Virus record (IMG/VR): IMGVR_UViG_3300045988_090210
Direction: 5' to 3' (one strand)
DNA length: 64,000 bases
DNA from: a virus
Both the position numbers and the translations under genes were made by a program. Shown one piece after another: positions 44,165-54,758 of this stretch; position 1 is the stretch's first letter, and every line of letters starts with the position of its first letter. The notes below the pieces were generated by a model that ran no database searches, was not told the DNA's origin, and saw nothing but the letters and a program-made list of their open reading frames with translations.

Positions 44165-44701
44165 CTAATCTTTTACAAAGAAAATGGCCAAGTTATGTCG
44201 GGTAAAATTTAACCCTTGTCTTCTCATGCCCTCTTCAAATAATTTTCTCATTCTATTTGGCCCAAGCCATTTAATAAGTGTATTCCATACATTGCGCTTT
44301 TTTGTCCATGCTTGACCTTTGAATCGTTTACTATTTTTAGCGTACCCCTCTTGATAGATAGCACCAGCTAATCCTTCATAGATAATATCGGCCAAATATT
44401 CTTGTATTGGTTGACCATCTACAATAGAAGCATGATGATTACCAAAAGCCATCATCTTATCAGGGTCATAAGCCATTTCACCTGTTGCCATATCACCCGT
44501 AATATGTGTATTGGTATCCCACGCTTTTTTAAACTGGCCAGTTCTATCATATTCAATTGGTTCATATCCATCATAAACAATTTGCTGAACTAACTTTTCG
44601 TTTTCAGCTAAAATTTGTTTGACAACATAATCAACAGCCCCTTTTAATGCTGGCATAAGCATGGTTTTAACTTGAGCATCGTTCCTCGCATTACTTACCA
44701 T
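44165..44701 (-). CDS. hypothetical virion/assembly protein
   Basis: YEPIEYDRTGQFKKAW resembles the Y.P..Y.RTG motif of phage neck/tail-completion proteins. Weak. Confidence 0.4.
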   Translation of the reverse strand: MVSNARNDAQVKTMLMPALKGAVDYVVKQILAENEKLVQQIVYDGYEPIEYDRTGQFKKAWDTNTHITGDMATGEMAYDPDKMMAFGNHHASIVDGQPIQEYLADIIYEGLAGAIYQEGYAKNSKRFKGQAWTKKRNVWNTLIKWLGPNRMRKLFEEGMRRQGLNFTRHNLAIFFVKD

Positions 44702-45110
44702 AATTTTTCATTACGGCCTTAAAAGTATCGGTCTTAACAACTTTAGAGGCATCTTTCAGCAGTTTATAGCCAGCACGAGTTAAAGATTCTGTATAGTCAA
44801 GTGCTTTGTAAACCTCATCAATATTGATAACATTATCTCTTACGCAATCCATTAGCCCACTCATAACAAACATCTCATGGCCAACTTCCTCAAGTTTCTC
44901 TTTGCCAATATCAGTAGTGTGCATCAGTACAAGCATATCAATATTAGTTTGTCTTGCAGACCAACTATCATCTTCTTTACTCGCCATCTCAACCGCATTA
45001 ACAATCTGCTGAATCTGAGCATAAGTTAGATATTGCCGGATATCAATATCGTAAATATTACTATGAATTACCTTTTCTTTTAATTCTACCATTCCATTCA
45101 TTCCTTTCAT
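44691..45110 (-). CDS. hypothetical protein
   Basis: Helical. Position upstream of the tape measure is compatible with a chaperone role. No slippery site seen. Confidence 0.4.
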   Translation of the reverse strand: MKGMNGMVELKEKVIHSNIYDIDIRQYLTYAQIQQIVNAVEMASKEDDSWSARQTNIDMLVLMHTTDIGKEKLEEVGHEMFVMSGLMDCVRDNVINIDEVYKALDYTESLTRAGYKLLKDASKVVKTDTFKAVMKNYGK

Positions 45111-45114
45111 TCAA

Positions 45115-45516
45115 TTAAAATTTCACATATTGCGAAACGTATAACACTCCCATACCCAAAACAACCACAATCCAAGGGAAATTATGCTTTAAGTAAGCCC
45201 GAATATCAAACTTGCCAGCCTCTTCCAAAGTTGTTACCTTAGACTCAACAGTGCTTAACTTATCAGCCGTAGCCTTATTAGCCCTTTCAAAGTCTGCTTT
45301 CATTTCTTTCATTTCCCTTGCTTGTTCATCCATTTTATCATTTAATTTAACCATAGACATTTGTACATCTTGCATAGTCTGAGTCAAAATCTCGTTACTC
45401 TTGACACTGCGCTGAATTAAATCTTGAAGAAATGGTCGTGTGCTTTCAAGTTTAGTAAGCCTGTGGTCATGATCATCTAATTTTGCGTAAATTTTACTGG
45501 TTTCGCCCTCTGCCAT
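45115..45516 (-). CDS. hypothetical coiled-coil protein with C-terminal TM helix
   Basis: Heptad-like central region. C-terminal FPWIVVVLGMGVLYVSQYV. Confidence 0.45.
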   Translation of the reverse strand: MAEGETSKIYAKLDDHDHRLTKLESTRPFLQDLIQRSVKSNEILTQTMQDVQMSMVKLNDKMDEQAREMKEMKADFERANKATADKLSTVESKVTTLEEAGKFDIRAYLKHNFPWIVVVLGMGVLYVSQYVKF

Positions 45517-45526
45517 TATCGCTCCC

Positions 45527-45823
45527 TCACTCTCTTAATTTATATTCGCCGGACTTCATTTTCCTAACACGGACATAAAGAGGTGTGTGGTCAAATGGAT
45601 TTTTTACCTTAATAGTTATGTCATTATAATCAATATATAGCCAGCCCTTGCGTTCGTCCCTTACTCTACAATACCCTGTTGGGGTATTTGCTTGTTGCTT
45701 AACCTTACAATCGTTAGGCATATTGGGAGATGGTTTAAATCCCCTAATTTTATCACAATAATACATATAGGGGCATACAGATTGGGTTACTCTACATTGA
45801 TTCCCACTTACATATTCACACAT
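45527..45823 (-). CDS. hypothetical Cys-rich protein
   Basis: Six Cys in the first 45 residues. No motif assigned. Confidence 0.45.
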   Translation of the reverse strand: MCEYVSGNQCRVTQSVCPYMYYCDKIRGFKPSPNMPNDCKVKQQANTPTGYCRVRDERKGWLYIDYNDITIKVKNPFDHTPLYVRVRKMKSGEYKLRE

Positions 45824-45835
45824 TTCTTACTCCTT

Positions 45836-45874
45836 AAAAAAATTGGGGGGGAAGGTTATTCACCAACCCTCCCA
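45836..45874 (-). terminator. rho-independent terminator after the major tail gene
   Basis: G/C-rich imperfect hairpin 45844-45874, followed on the minus strand by T7 (plus A-run 45836-42). Confidence 0.6.
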
Positions 45875-45888
45875 AAAGAAAGATTAAA

Positions 45889-46956
45889 TTAAGCAGTAAC
45901 GGTTACGGTGGCATAAGCAGGGGGCACGTTAGGAGCATTCTTTAGAGAAACCTCAATAACAGCCACACCATTAACACCGCCAGCACTAACAACGCCTGTT
46001 TCAGCCGCCACCTGAACACCAGTGGCAGTAGCAGCAGGGCTAGTTTCAACAGTAAAGGTAAAGTTGCTGTTGTCCTTACGCTGAGAAGCCATACCCTTAC
46101 CAAACACAGCACGGACAATTAGAGCCTCAGTATCGTTTTGATTCATATCAAGTTCAGCATTTTCAATAGCCAAAGCGATAACGTCATCTTGCCACTTAGC
46201 ACCATAAATCTCTTCAGTCATAGTGCCATAATAGGGGTCATCCTCACAAGTAGCGCCATCAAGCACAGCCAGAGCCATACCAGTTAGGTTAATAGTAGCA
46301 GCAGAAGTAGCAGTCAAAGACAAATTTTGATTACCTTCAAGCTGGAACTGAGGAATATCAACAATCAGACGGCCATAACGAGTAGCATCAGACTGAGTAC
46401 CAACCTTGCCACTATACAGGTCAGTCATAACAACGACATGCAAAGTAGCAGGAACGTACTGAGATTTGATAGTAATACTCTTGGCATTCTCATTCTGATA
46501 GAAATACTTAACACAATAAACCTGACCAGCAGTAGCGCCAGCAATGGTCATAGTAGTGCCAGTAATAGTACCAATCTGCCAATCACTATCAGTAGGCTTC
46601 TTATACCAACCAATCATAGTGCCATCAAAAGCTACAGGGGTTTCAGTGACGGTAACAGCCCCAGCAGTAGCAGTTAGTTCCTCTTCTTTAACAGAAAGGC
46701 CACCAGATTCAATATTAACACCCAGAGACAGTGCCATATAGTTTAGGTCAAACATTGCATCAGTCAAAGTAGCAGTCAGAGTAGAATCGTGGAAATAGCG
46801 ACCAAGCAAACCATTACCCTGACCACCACGAATATCCTCAGCAGTAATAGCAAAATCGAAGGTGCTTTCAGTCAGAGTTTTGGCAACACCAACAAGGTCA
46901 TTGCCCTTAAATAGCAGAGCAGTGCCTACACCAGCCAGAAAATGATTCTGTGCCAT
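45889..46956 (-). CDS. major tail protein with C-terminal Ig-like domain
   Basis: Strong SD, terminator downstream. C-terminal Big-like segment (FTFTVETSPAATATG...ATVTVTA). Position between head-completion genes and the tape measure. Confidence 0.55.
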   Translation of the reverse strand: MAQNHFLAGVGTALLFKGNDLVGVAKTLTESTFDFAITAEDIRGGQGNGLLGRYFHDSTLTATLTDAMFDLNYMALSLGVNIESGGLSVKEEELTATAGAVTVTETPVAFDGTMIGWYKKPTDSDWQIGTITGTTMTIAGATAGQVYCVKYFYQNENAKSITIKSQYVPATLHVVVMTDLYSGKVGTQSDATRYGRLIVDIPQFQLEGNQNLSLTATSAATINLTGMALAVLDGATCEDDPYYGTMTEEIYGAKWQDDVIALAIENAELDMNQNDTEALIVRAVFGKGMASQRKDNSNFTFTVETSPAATATGVQVAAETGVVSAGGVNGVAVIEVSLKNAPNVPPAYATVTVTA

Positions 46957-46969
46957 TATAACATCCTCC

Positions 46970-47803
46970 TTATTTATTTATAAATTTATCATATACTTGA
47001 GACAAATTGTCTCCATAATCTGTCCCTGAAGTTGTTTTTATAGCGTTTGCATTACTACCCATAGATTGAGCATATTTGTCTGCGTCAGCCATATAACCAT
47101 CGTATTTACCTTTCTTTTTCTTGAAAATCCAATGGTCAATTTCATTCCCTTTGCCAGCATATAGCAAAATAGGCCGAGTTGTCTCAAACTCAACCTCACC
47201 ATAAACTTCCTCAAACAACAGACTGTGACTTCTATAAGTCATATTCATTTGTTCTTGTTTACTTATCCCACAATGCGCTGTAATAATCGCCATACGCCTC
47301 TCAATAGTGGGCGGTTCAACACCAGCGTTTTTTACAGCGTCAACCTCAGTCATCATCTTCTTAATCTCAGGATTGATATACTCATCATCATAATGTATTA
47401 AGTTCTGATACATAATGATTTTACGAATGTTATCAAAATCTTTCGACCCTATTGAAAAGTCATCATTTATCTTCAAATATGGCCTTGAATTATCATCAAA
47501 CCCCACATAAGGATTTTCAACGTGTAAGCAATATTTGAGAATATTGACAAATTTACTTATGTTAATTTCGTCTTGAAACAAAACATTATAAATAAAGGCC
47601 AAATAAGACATCTGGATAATCTCAACTGAATCTGAGGTGTTTTTATCAATATCTATTACAGACATACTTGATAAAAAAATTTCACTGTCTTTCACAGTGA
47701 TAGGATAAATAAGCAGTGTTTTATCTTTTATTTTATATTCAACAGGTAGGTCAAAGTAAAAATATGCTTTGCGATATAGGTCTAAATTAAGATTCGCACC
47801 CAT
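46970..47803 (-). CDS. hypothetical structural/assembly protein
   Basis: ATG at 47803 (M9 of the tracked ORF) is preceded by AGGTGAGGAG. Confidence 0.45.
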   Translation of the reverse strand: MGANLNLDLYRKAYFYFDLPVEYKIKDKTLLIYPITVKDSEIFLSSMSVIDIDKNTSDSVEIIQMSYLAFIYNVLFQDEINISKFVNILKYCLHVENPYVGFDDNSRPYLKINDDFSIGSKDFDNIRKIIMYQNLIHYDDEYINPEIKKMMTEVDAVKNAGVEPPTIERRMAIITAHCGISKQEQMNMTYRSHSLLFEEVYGEVEFETTRPILLYAGKGNEIDHWIFKKKKGKYDGYMADADKYAQSMGSNANAIKTTSGTDYGDNLSQVYDKFINK

Positions 47804-48359
47804 ACTCCTCACCTGTATCTCCAACATTAACAGCTAAGAAAAGCTGAATGCCAGTGAATGTTTTAGAATTGCCAATGGTGGCACGGCCTAACGCATATCT
47901 TGACATATCATCAAGAAACGTTAATTTACCAACGCCACCAACCTCTGCACCATTTAGCACAGCCATCGCCTTATTAATAAACAAATCGCCTCTGCTAACA
48001 GGGATTCCATTATATTCTACAAGGCTCATTTGACCTCCATACAAGAAGTCAAACGCATATACTACTGTGCTGCTATATAGTTCTTTGGCATGAATATAAT
48101 AGTCATAGATTTTAAGTACACACTTGCTCTCACAAATAGCGTCCTCTACAAGCGGTGTAAAGAACACACCAAATTTCTCTTGTGGCCCATTTCGCCAAAT
48201 TAACTCTAACTTTTGGTCAAAAGTCAAATTAGGTTTGTATAGTGCATCATAACTATTATATTTTAGCAATTTCCACAAATCTTCAGCCGCATCTTGACGG
48301 GCAAGATAAACAAGTATATTATATGGAATATAAGGCAAAGCCGATAATGAATTATACAT
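47787..48359 (-). CDS. hypothetical structural protein
   Basis: SD GGAGG. In the head-tail joining region. Confidence 0.45.
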   Translation of the reverse strand: MYNSLSALPYIPYNILVYLARQDAAEDLWKLLKYNSYDALYKPNLTFDQKLELIWRNGPQEKFGVFFTPLVEDAICESKCVLKIYDYYIHAKELYSSTVVYAFDFLYGGQMSLVEYNGIPVSRGDLFINKAMAVLNGAEVGGVGKLTFLDDMSRYALGRATIGNSKTFTGIQLFLAVNVGDTGEEYGCES

Positions 48360-48370
48360 AACTTACCTCC

Positions 48371-49669
48371 TTATCCCATCATACTTACAGCTTGAATATC
48401 AAACTTGGCCGTTTTGCTAATATTATATGTTTTATCAACAATAGTGACGCTCATTGTTAAGGGCATGGCGCTCCGCTTATTACAAGTCAACTGCCAGCCA
48501 GACGTTGTTTTCTCAACAGTTAAATATTCACTGTCTGCATTTATTCTAACTGTATCGGGCTTAATTTCTACGCCACCAATGAACACCTTAACATCAAATT
48601 CAATAGTTTGATATTCTCTAATCTTATTAAAAGCCGGGTCAAGATAAATCTCAGGCTCAACAACTTGTTCGCCAACAGTAATCTTAATACTGTCTGTAAC
48701 GGCCTCATTGCCACTCAACGTGACGGTAATATCCGCACTCTGGCCGACTTCACCAATTACAGTATAATTGCCGGTGTCGGCAATCGTGACAATTTCAGGA
48801 TTACTAGTTCGCCAAATAACCGGCCTATCAACCTCTTTACCATTTAACACAACGTCAACGGTCAGAGTACCAGTAGAACCAGCACTTAATGTCATGTCGG
48901 CAGAGTTAATTTTGGCTTTATAGTTATAATCTCCATTATAAGCCACACCATTAACTAAATCATCGCCATCATGAATCTCATCCAAATACAAATCAAGATA
49001 CAATAAAGTATCGTAATCTGTAGTCAAGTTAAGATTCAGAGCGTTTTGATAACCATACAGCTTAAAAGGCCGACCGCTAAGAACATATCTTGTGTTGGTC
49101 TTGAACAACCGTAATGTATTGACATTGCCTTGTACCATAACAGTAGCATGGTTGTTTGGTGTTAAGATATATCTGGACACCTGTACCGAGGGGCTTGACA
49201 TATCATAATCAACCACGCAAGGAACACTGAACACTGAACCATTCTCAGGGTCAACAATTTTTAGAACGTTGTTGCATCTTCTTAATCCAGCATCTTGAGC
49301 AATGCCACTGAAATGGCCAAATTCATTACAAATCCACCAAGAGTTATAAAACTGATAATATAAACCTCGTGCCACAATATGGTTAATATCACGAAAATAA
49401 ATCTTAATGAAATCACCTGAATCTCTCATACCAGTGGTCACATCGCCAACAGTTGTCTTAACCCATGCGTCAACAGTCTTATATTCATCAGACCCAATTT
49501 CGGTTTGTTCTTTGATTTTTCCGCCATTCTCAGGCGTTTTAGCGGCAGTATTGTCCCAAGACTGGTTAATAAAAGACTGAGCCAAATCCCGGTAATAATC
49601 GTTTGGAGTGGCCCCGCCAATGATGCTATACTCGATAGGCATGACGATAGCCCTCCTTTTCTTTTTCAA
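48371..49669 (-). CDS. structural protein with Big_2-type Ig-like domains
   Basis: LSAGSTGTLTVDVVLNGKEVDRPVIWRTSNPEIVTIADTGNYTVIGEVGQSADITVTL is a Big_2-like repeat. Start uncertain (49669 or 49642). Confidence 0.5.
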   Translation of the reverse strand: MKKKRRAIVMPIEYSIIGGATPNDYYRDLAQSFINQSWDNTAAKTPENGGKIKEQTEIGSDEYKTVDAWVKTTVGDVTTGMRDSGDFIKIYFRDINHIVARGLYYQFYNSWWICNEFGHFSGIAQDAGLRRCNNVLKIVDPENGSVFSVPCVVDYDMSSPSVQVSRYILTPNNHATVMVQGNVNTLRLFKTNTRYVLSGRPFKLYGYQNALNLNLTTDYDTLLYLDLYLDEIHDGDDLVNGVAYNGDYNYKAKINSADMTLSAGSTGTLTVDVVLNGKEVDRPVIWRTSNPEIVTIADTGNYTVIGEVGQSADITVTLSGNEAVTDSIKITVGEQVVEPEIYLDPAFNKIREYQTIEFDVKVFIGGVEIKPDTVRINADSEYLTVEKTTSGWQLTCNKRSAMPLTMSVTIVDKTYNISKTAKFDIQAVSMMG

Positions 49670-49910
49670 TTAGCTTAATCATGTGCAAGACGACACGCCG
49701 AACGTCCTCTTGTTTGGCCTCGCCTCCCAAATGAATAAGCCCTTTGACTAAATCACAGATTTCTTCATTTCCCCGCCCAACATACTGAATATATACTCGG
49801 CTTAAATAAGACCGATAACATTGTAAAGCAAAATCATCTTTTTCACGAATAGCCGCTTCAAAAAGGGGCAAAATTTTATAAATTCCATCTACCCTTTTAT
49901 TCTGACTCAT
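49626..49910 (-). CDS. hypothetical protein
   Basis: SD GGTGAGGA. Small helical protein. Confidence 0.4.
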   Translation of the reverse strand: MSQNKRVDGIYKILPLFEAAIREKDDFALQCYRSYLSRVYIQYVGRGNEEICDLVKGLIHLGGEAKQEDVRRVVLHMIKLIEKEKEGYRHAYRV

Positions 49911-49922
49911 GTCCTCACCGCC

Positions 49923-50354
49923 TTAAAAACCGTAAGAATCAAGGTCAAGTAGTAGATACTCTTGTGTTGCCCTATCGACTTCTTCTCTTAGCTTATCAAT
50001 GACATTTTGCTTTTCCTTAAAATTCTGAGATTCGCTGTTATAAGAATACTGATTCTTAATGCCCAACTTTAGCGCAATCTGCGCCGCATTGTTGTTTTCT
50101 CTCTCCCACCAAGCAATCACCCAATAACGAGAAAGAATATAAATCTCAAGATTAGTTAAATCAACGTCAAACTCACGAGTTTCAACGTTATAAGTCAGGT
50201 CTTGCCGACATTCGGTAAATTGAGGAAGGGCGTTAAAAAGTAGGCCATCACAAAATTTCTGAAAATTATCATAGCTATTCTCAAAGAGCTTGTTCAGCTT
50301 ATAATCTTCAACAATACTGAGGGCCAATGTTTCAATCTGGTCGAAACTTGTCAA
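49923..50354 (-). CDS. hypothetical head-tail connector candidate
   Basis: Position after the capsid gene. No motif. Confidence 0.4.
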   Translation of the reverse strand: MTSFDQIETLALSIVEDYKLNKLFENSYDNFQKFCDGLLFNALPQFTECRQDLTYNVETREFDVDLTNLEIYILSRYWVIAWWERENNNAAQIALKLGIKNQYSYNSESQNFKEKQNVIDKLREEVDRATQEYLLLDLDSYGF

Positions 50355-50367
50355 CTAACATCACCCC

Positions 50368-51021
50368 TTATTCCTCTTCTTCAGGTGTAATGCTCATTAA
50401 ATCCTTTCCACAGAGCTTGCCAATCTCGACAACGATATTGGCATCAATAGGTAGCCCGTTTAGCTTACGATTAACAACCATATCCACGATAATCTCTCTC
50501 TGCGCCATAGAAGCCTGTTTATAAATCTCACAAACATCGTTAGCGTTCTGCTGAAGCAGTTCCTTGAGCTGTTTATCACTTAGAATTTCCTCATAAACGC
50601 CACTCAAGTCATTCTTATTCACAAACTCCTTGTCTGCAATATACACCATACCACTTGCGATAGTATTGGGCATATTGGATAGGATAGCTCTGGCTTCAGA
50701 CTCAGGAATCATCTTATAGCCAAACTGCTTATCAATGTGATACATTCTATTGCCCTTGAGGGTCAGGCCACCGGGTACAAGGCTAATAAACTTAATACCA
50801 CGAGCCGCTTTTTCCTCGATATTTACAGGATTGGTAGCAGCCTGAGCTTGCATCATAACCTTGATTTGGGCCATCAAATCAGCCATCTGTTGTTCCTGTT
50901 CAGCAATCTTAGCCTTTAGAGCCTCATTCTCCTCAACAGCAGAATTAGTAACCTCATTAGTAACCTCAGCAGTCTCAACAACCTCTGCTTCTGCGGACTT
51001 GATTTTCTTAGTGTTAGCCAT
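50368..51021 (-). CDS. hypothetical protein
   Basis: SD GGAGA. Acidic, coiled N-terminus. Confidence 0.45.
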   Translation of the reverse strand: MANTKKIKSAEAEVVETAEVTNEVTNSAVEENEALKAKIAEQEQQMADLMAQIKVMMQAQAATNPVNIEEKAARGIKFISLVPGGLTLKGNRMYHIDKQFGYKMIPESEARAILSNMPNTIASGMVYIADKEFVNKNDLSGVYEEILSDKQLKELLQQNANDVCEIYKQASMAQREIIVDMVVNRKLNGLPIDANIVVEIGKLCGKDLMSITPEEEE

Positions 51022-51053
51022 TTTATTTAATCTCCATTCTTTCCATTTAATTC

Positions 51054-51081
51054 AAAAAAGGGGCCATATTTCAGGCCCCTT
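51054..51081 (-). terminator. rho-independent terminator after the major capsid gene
   Basis: AAGGGGCC (51058-65) / GGCCCCTT (51074-81). T6 on the minus strand (plus A-run 51054-59). Confidence 0.7.
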
Positions 51082-51096
51082 AATAAAAGTTAAAGA

Positions 51097-52194
51097 TTAC
51101 TCAGTAATCTTGTACTCACCAACATAAGCAGCGCCAACGAACTCAGCGGCATAGCTCTTCCGTAGAGTGAAATTCTGAGAGATGTCAGCGTTGTCATAGA
51201 ACTGATTGCTATTGGTTAGAGTGGTACTCATAGCCATAACAACAGGCTTAGCAACAGCGGCAGAAACAACATACAGGGTGTTGTCATCTAGAGCCATGCC
51301 AAAGTCGGCAGAGCCGGTAGGAGCCTGAGGTAGCTCATAGATACCGAAACCATAGAAATCCTTCACATAAGACACAACAGGGTCACGGCCATCAATAACC
51401 AGACGGCCACCCAGAGTGCTATCGGGTAGAACGTTCATTAGAGCAGCGGCAGTACCCATGATAACGGGCTTGGCCATCATGTTATAAGCCTGAACACGCT
51501 GAGCAAGCTGAACCAGCTTCTTGCCGTCAAATGCGCCAGTCTCCTTGAACTGAGTGGGATAAGTGCCAGCGGCCAGACCAGCATTCAAAGAAGCAATAAT
51601 CTCAGCGTTCATATCAAGCTCAATAGAGATGATGATAGCACGAACGGCCTCAGCAAGGTCATCCTTACCAGCCAGAACACGAGCCATATCAACATAAGTG
51701 GTAATGATATGCTCAACGGGGCTGATTTCAACGTTGCCAGCATACTTCTTCTGACGGAAGGAGGTACGTTCACCACGAGCGCCACGAGACACAGTATACA
51801 GAGTCTTGGGAGGAATCTTCAGATTTACAACGTCAGCATAACCAACAGTGCGGAAATCCACGAAGGGAGCAAAGGTGGCCTGAACGTAAGCAGGCAGAAC
51901 CACGTTAATAGTAGCATTAATCAGAGCAAAGTTGGCATAGCGCAGCATGGGGTTGGCCAGAGCCACATCCATGTTGTTCTTGTCAATCTTCTGGCCAGAG
52001 ATACGCTCAAGCTCGGCAAAATAAGCCTCACGAATCAGAGGAGCCTTCTCAGCAATGGTGCGAGACTTATCATAAGAACCCATGTTCTGACCCCACTCTT
52101 CAGCGGCCTTGTGATTATGATAGTCAGCGAAAGCAGTATAGAAAGTGGTATCGCCCTTGGCAAAAGCCACAACTTCATTAGGCATAACAGACAT
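51097..52194 (-). CDS. major capsid protein
   Basis: 365 aa between the scaffold/protease and a terminator, with strong SD. Assigned by position and composition, not by motif. Confidence 0.55.
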   Translation of the reverse strand: MSVMPNEVVAFAKGDTTFYTAFADYHNHKAAEEWGQNMGSYDKSRTIAEKAPLIREAYFAELERISGQKIDKNNMDVALANPMLRYANFALINATINVVLPAYVQATFAPFVDFRTVGYADVVNLKIPPKTLYTVSRGARGERTSFRQKKYAGNVEISPVEHIITTYVDMARVLAGKDDLAEAVRAIIISIELDMNAEIIASLNAGLAAGTYPTQFKETGAFDGKKLVQLAQRVQAYNMMAKPVIMGTAAALMNVLPDSTLGGRLVIDGRDPVVSYVKDFYGFGIYELPQAPTGSADFGMALDDNTLYVVSAAVAKPVVMAMSTTLTNSNQFYDNADISQNFTLRKSYAAEFVGAAYVGEYKITE

Positions 52195-52249
52195 ATTTAT
52201 GATCTCCTTTATTATTTTATTTTAATCAGTTTTTGGTCTACTGTTAAGA

Positions 52250-52744
52250 TTAGACTAGCTTCATTAGAACCCAAGTCTTGATAGCCTCGCCACCAATATC
52301 CATGGTACGAGCGCCAAGCATTTTAAAGTGAGCACCAGCTTCAGTGGTATTAGCAGTCATCAGACCAGAGGCTTGGACAGTAGCATAAGTGGCAGAAGAT
52401 GCGGGTTCAGCAGTAAAAGCACCAGCAGAAACCTCAATGCAGTCTCCCTTGATTAGACGCTTAACAGAGATAGGCTTGCCAGCTTCGTTAGTAAAATAAC
52501 GGGGGTCATCATAGACCTGAGCATCCACATTGTAGCCCTGAGGAGGAGTGCCAGCGATTAGGTCAGGGTTAGCGCCAACATTAACAGTAAACTCGTAAGC
52601 ACCATCGGAATTAGGGGACATAGCACCTAGAGCCAGGAAAGTTCCATTATCAATATCGGTGGCAGCGATACCGCACAGATTCAGGCTGTCAACATCCCAG
52701 TACGCACAATGAGTGCCGTTAAACACAGTATGATTCTTAGCCAT
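52250..52744 (-). CDS. hypothetical head protein (decoration candidate)
   Basis: Between the scaffold-like and capsid genes. SD AAGGAGA. Confidence 0.4.
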   Translation of the reverse strand: MAKNHTVFNGTHCAYWDVDSLNLCGIAATDIDNGTFLALGAMSPNSDGAYEFTVNVGANPDLIAGTPPQGYNVDAQVYDDPRYFTNEAGKPISVKRLIKGDCIEVSAGAFTAEPASSATYATVQASGLMTANTTEAGAHFKMLGARTMDIGGEAIKTWVLMKLV

Positions 52745-52813
52745 AATTAAATTTCTCCTTTATAACAATAATTTTTAGTTTGGTAGAGGGCAACTATTCC
52801 TCAAACCAGAGTA

Positions 52814-54550
52814 TTACTTGCTTTCAAGTTTTTCCCAAATACTGTTGGGGTCAGAATGTTTGATAATCTTGGGCATAGCAAAACTAAATACACCCTTATC
52901 ATCTTTCTTAATAGTTTTCTTTACTTCGCTAAAGCAAGTGGCCTTGACCTTGTTGCTCCAAGCATCAATATCATTTTCGCCACAAGATAGTCCCTCAGCC
53001 TTAAATTCTGCAAATTGCTCATCGTTGATATAAGTACGGACTTCCTCCATAACACTATCCACACGGCAAGCCATTTCCTTAGCAACAACAGCGGCCTTAT
53101 AAGCCCGTAGTTCCTCAAGCTCAGTATCCTTATCCATGATGATATGGTCACGTTCCTCAACGCTCTTTTCAAGCTCAGCAATCTTGGCCATCATCTCGTC
53201 CTCAGACATTTTGGTGGGTTCACCTTCATCAGGCTTCTTTTCGCCCGCCTCGCCTTCACCTTCATTTTTCTTAGGGTCAGCGAACTTGGTATACTGTTCA
53301 ACATTTTCAGGCTCAGCAAACTTCTTAATGTTGTCAGTTTCGGTGAACTCCTGTTTAACCTCTACCAGTTCATCAGAAACAGTCATACCTTCCTCAGTTA
53401 GGCTAAAGTCAAGACGGTATAGCTTTTGGTCACGGTCACTAAGAATAGCGAACCTCTGATTATCCTCTTCATAAATGCCCTGAATACAATAGTCCCAAGC
53501 ATCATGCTCATGGATAGCAGCATAAACACGTCCCCACAGGTCGCCAATGTTTATAGCGTTAAATTCAATCTCAGCCATCTTTTCCTCCTTTCCACCTTCA
53601 TTGTCATCCAAATCAAGTTTCTTATAAATCTTTTCAATTTTATTTACAACGGTAGTCTCATTCTCTTTCTTGGCATAACCAAGAGCAGAGGTAAGGCCGT
53701 CCCGGTTGTATACAAAAGTGTCACCTTTAAGTTCCATCACTGGATACTTTAGATGTTCAGAGGGAGCTTCTTCCCAACCATCTTCGACAAGCATATAGAC
53801 AGCCTTAACAAGGGTAGCCTTGTTGTTGGCCTCCATAATCTTATCTCTCATGGCCGTTTTATCCACTTCGCCCCATGCCTTATCAGACATGGCCTCTTTA
53901 GATTTATCAATCTTATAAGTCTTAGCCATACTTTCAATACGCTCCTTGGCAAACTTTTTCAAGGGGGTGAGATTATGTTCGTTCATTTTGTTAAAATAAG
54001 CATCTGCATCTTCTTGAGAGAAACGAATCATAGTTACATCGGACTCAGGGCAACTGGGTTTTACAGCCTTGCCGAGAGTGGTCACACCTACAATGTTCAG
54101 AGATAAAACCTTATCGTTCGTATCATCGCCATTTTCGGTCTCAACCCTCATCTCAACACTAACCGCCCGTTCATTATCATCTACAAACATATCATAATAT
54201 TTCTTTGCATACATCTTAGAGATAACAGCCGTTGCATAAGCCCTCAAATAACCATCATCATCTTCCACAAACTCAATTTCTTGCTCTTTGGGGAAAATAC
54301 CCATAATTTGTTCATCAGGCTCGTGCGTAGTAGCATCAGTGCCAAGCCAATTCATCTTGGCCACCATCCACTTACCTAAAACCGTGCTTGCGCATTCTCT
54401 CAATACTTTTTCAGAAATCTCAAGCCCATGACTATTTGGCCGTGTGCTTAAAAAACCAACTTTGGCGATTGCGAACTCTTTTTCATCGTAATCGTCAAAT
54501 TGAATCTGCTGAATAGTATCAACAGCAAATTTAATAAGTTTTTCCAACAT
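52814..54550 (-). CDS. putative prohead protease / scaffolding fusion protein
   Basis: Follows the portal region. Acidic coiled-coil C-terminal half. N-terminal region is protease-like by eye only. Confidence 0.4.
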   Translation of the reverse strand: MLEKLIKFAVDTIQQIQFDDYDEKEFAIAKVGFLSTRPNSHGLEISEKVLRECASTVLGKWMVAKMNWLGTDATTHEPDEQIMGIFPKEQEIEFVEDDDGYLRAYATAVISKMYAKKYYDMFVDDNERAVSVEMRVETENGDDTNDKVLSLNIVGVTTLGKAVKPSCPESDVTMIRFSQEDADAYFNKMNEHNLTPLKKFAKERIESMAKTYKIDKSKEAMSDKAWGEVDKTAMRDKIMEANNKATLVKAVYMLVEDGWEEAPSEHLKYPVMELKGDTFVYNRDGLTSALGYAKKENETTVVNKIEKIYKKLDLDDNEGGKEEKMAEIEFNAINIGDLWGRVYAAIHEHDAWDYCIQGIYEEDNQRFAILSDRDQKLYRLDFSLTEEGMTVSDELVEVKQEFTETDNIKKFAEPENVEQYTKFADPKKNEGEGEAGEKKPDEGEPTKMSEDEMMAKIAELEKSVEERDHIIMDKDTELEELRAYKAAVVAKEMACRVDSVMEEVRTYINDEQFAEFKAEGLSCGENDIDAWSNKVKATCFSEVKKTIKKDDKGVFSFAMPKIIKHSDPNSIWEKLESK

Positions 54551-54578
54551 CTCACCTCACTTCTTTATTAGGATTATA

Positions 54579-54758
54579 TCAAGACTCGACAACGCCAAGT
54601 CTTTTTAACACTTTGTTTAATTTATTAGACTTTTTAAAATAAACGGCCCCATTATCCATATAAGAAGGGGCGACACCGGCTTGATGAATAGCAAACGCCA
54701 AATCTTCATCAGCCATAAAATATTTACTTAGGTCAGATGGTGTATCTCTAATAACCAT
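54579..54758 (-). CDS. small hypothetical protein (59 aa, below the track cutoff)
   Basis: The ATG at 54758 overlaps the upstream stop by 1 nt (TAATG). Fills an otherwise empty 200-nt gap. Confidence 0.35.
   Translation of the reverse strand: MVIRDTPSDLSKYFMADEDLAFAIHQAGVAPSYMDNGAVYFKKSNKLNKVLKRLGVVES

Noticed and set aside
44165-45110. Programmed -1 frameshift (G/GT-type tail chaperone) upstream of the tape measure
   Set aside because: The two ORFs overlap by a normal start/stop overlap. The downstream ORF has its own ATG. I saw no slippery heptamer at the overlap.
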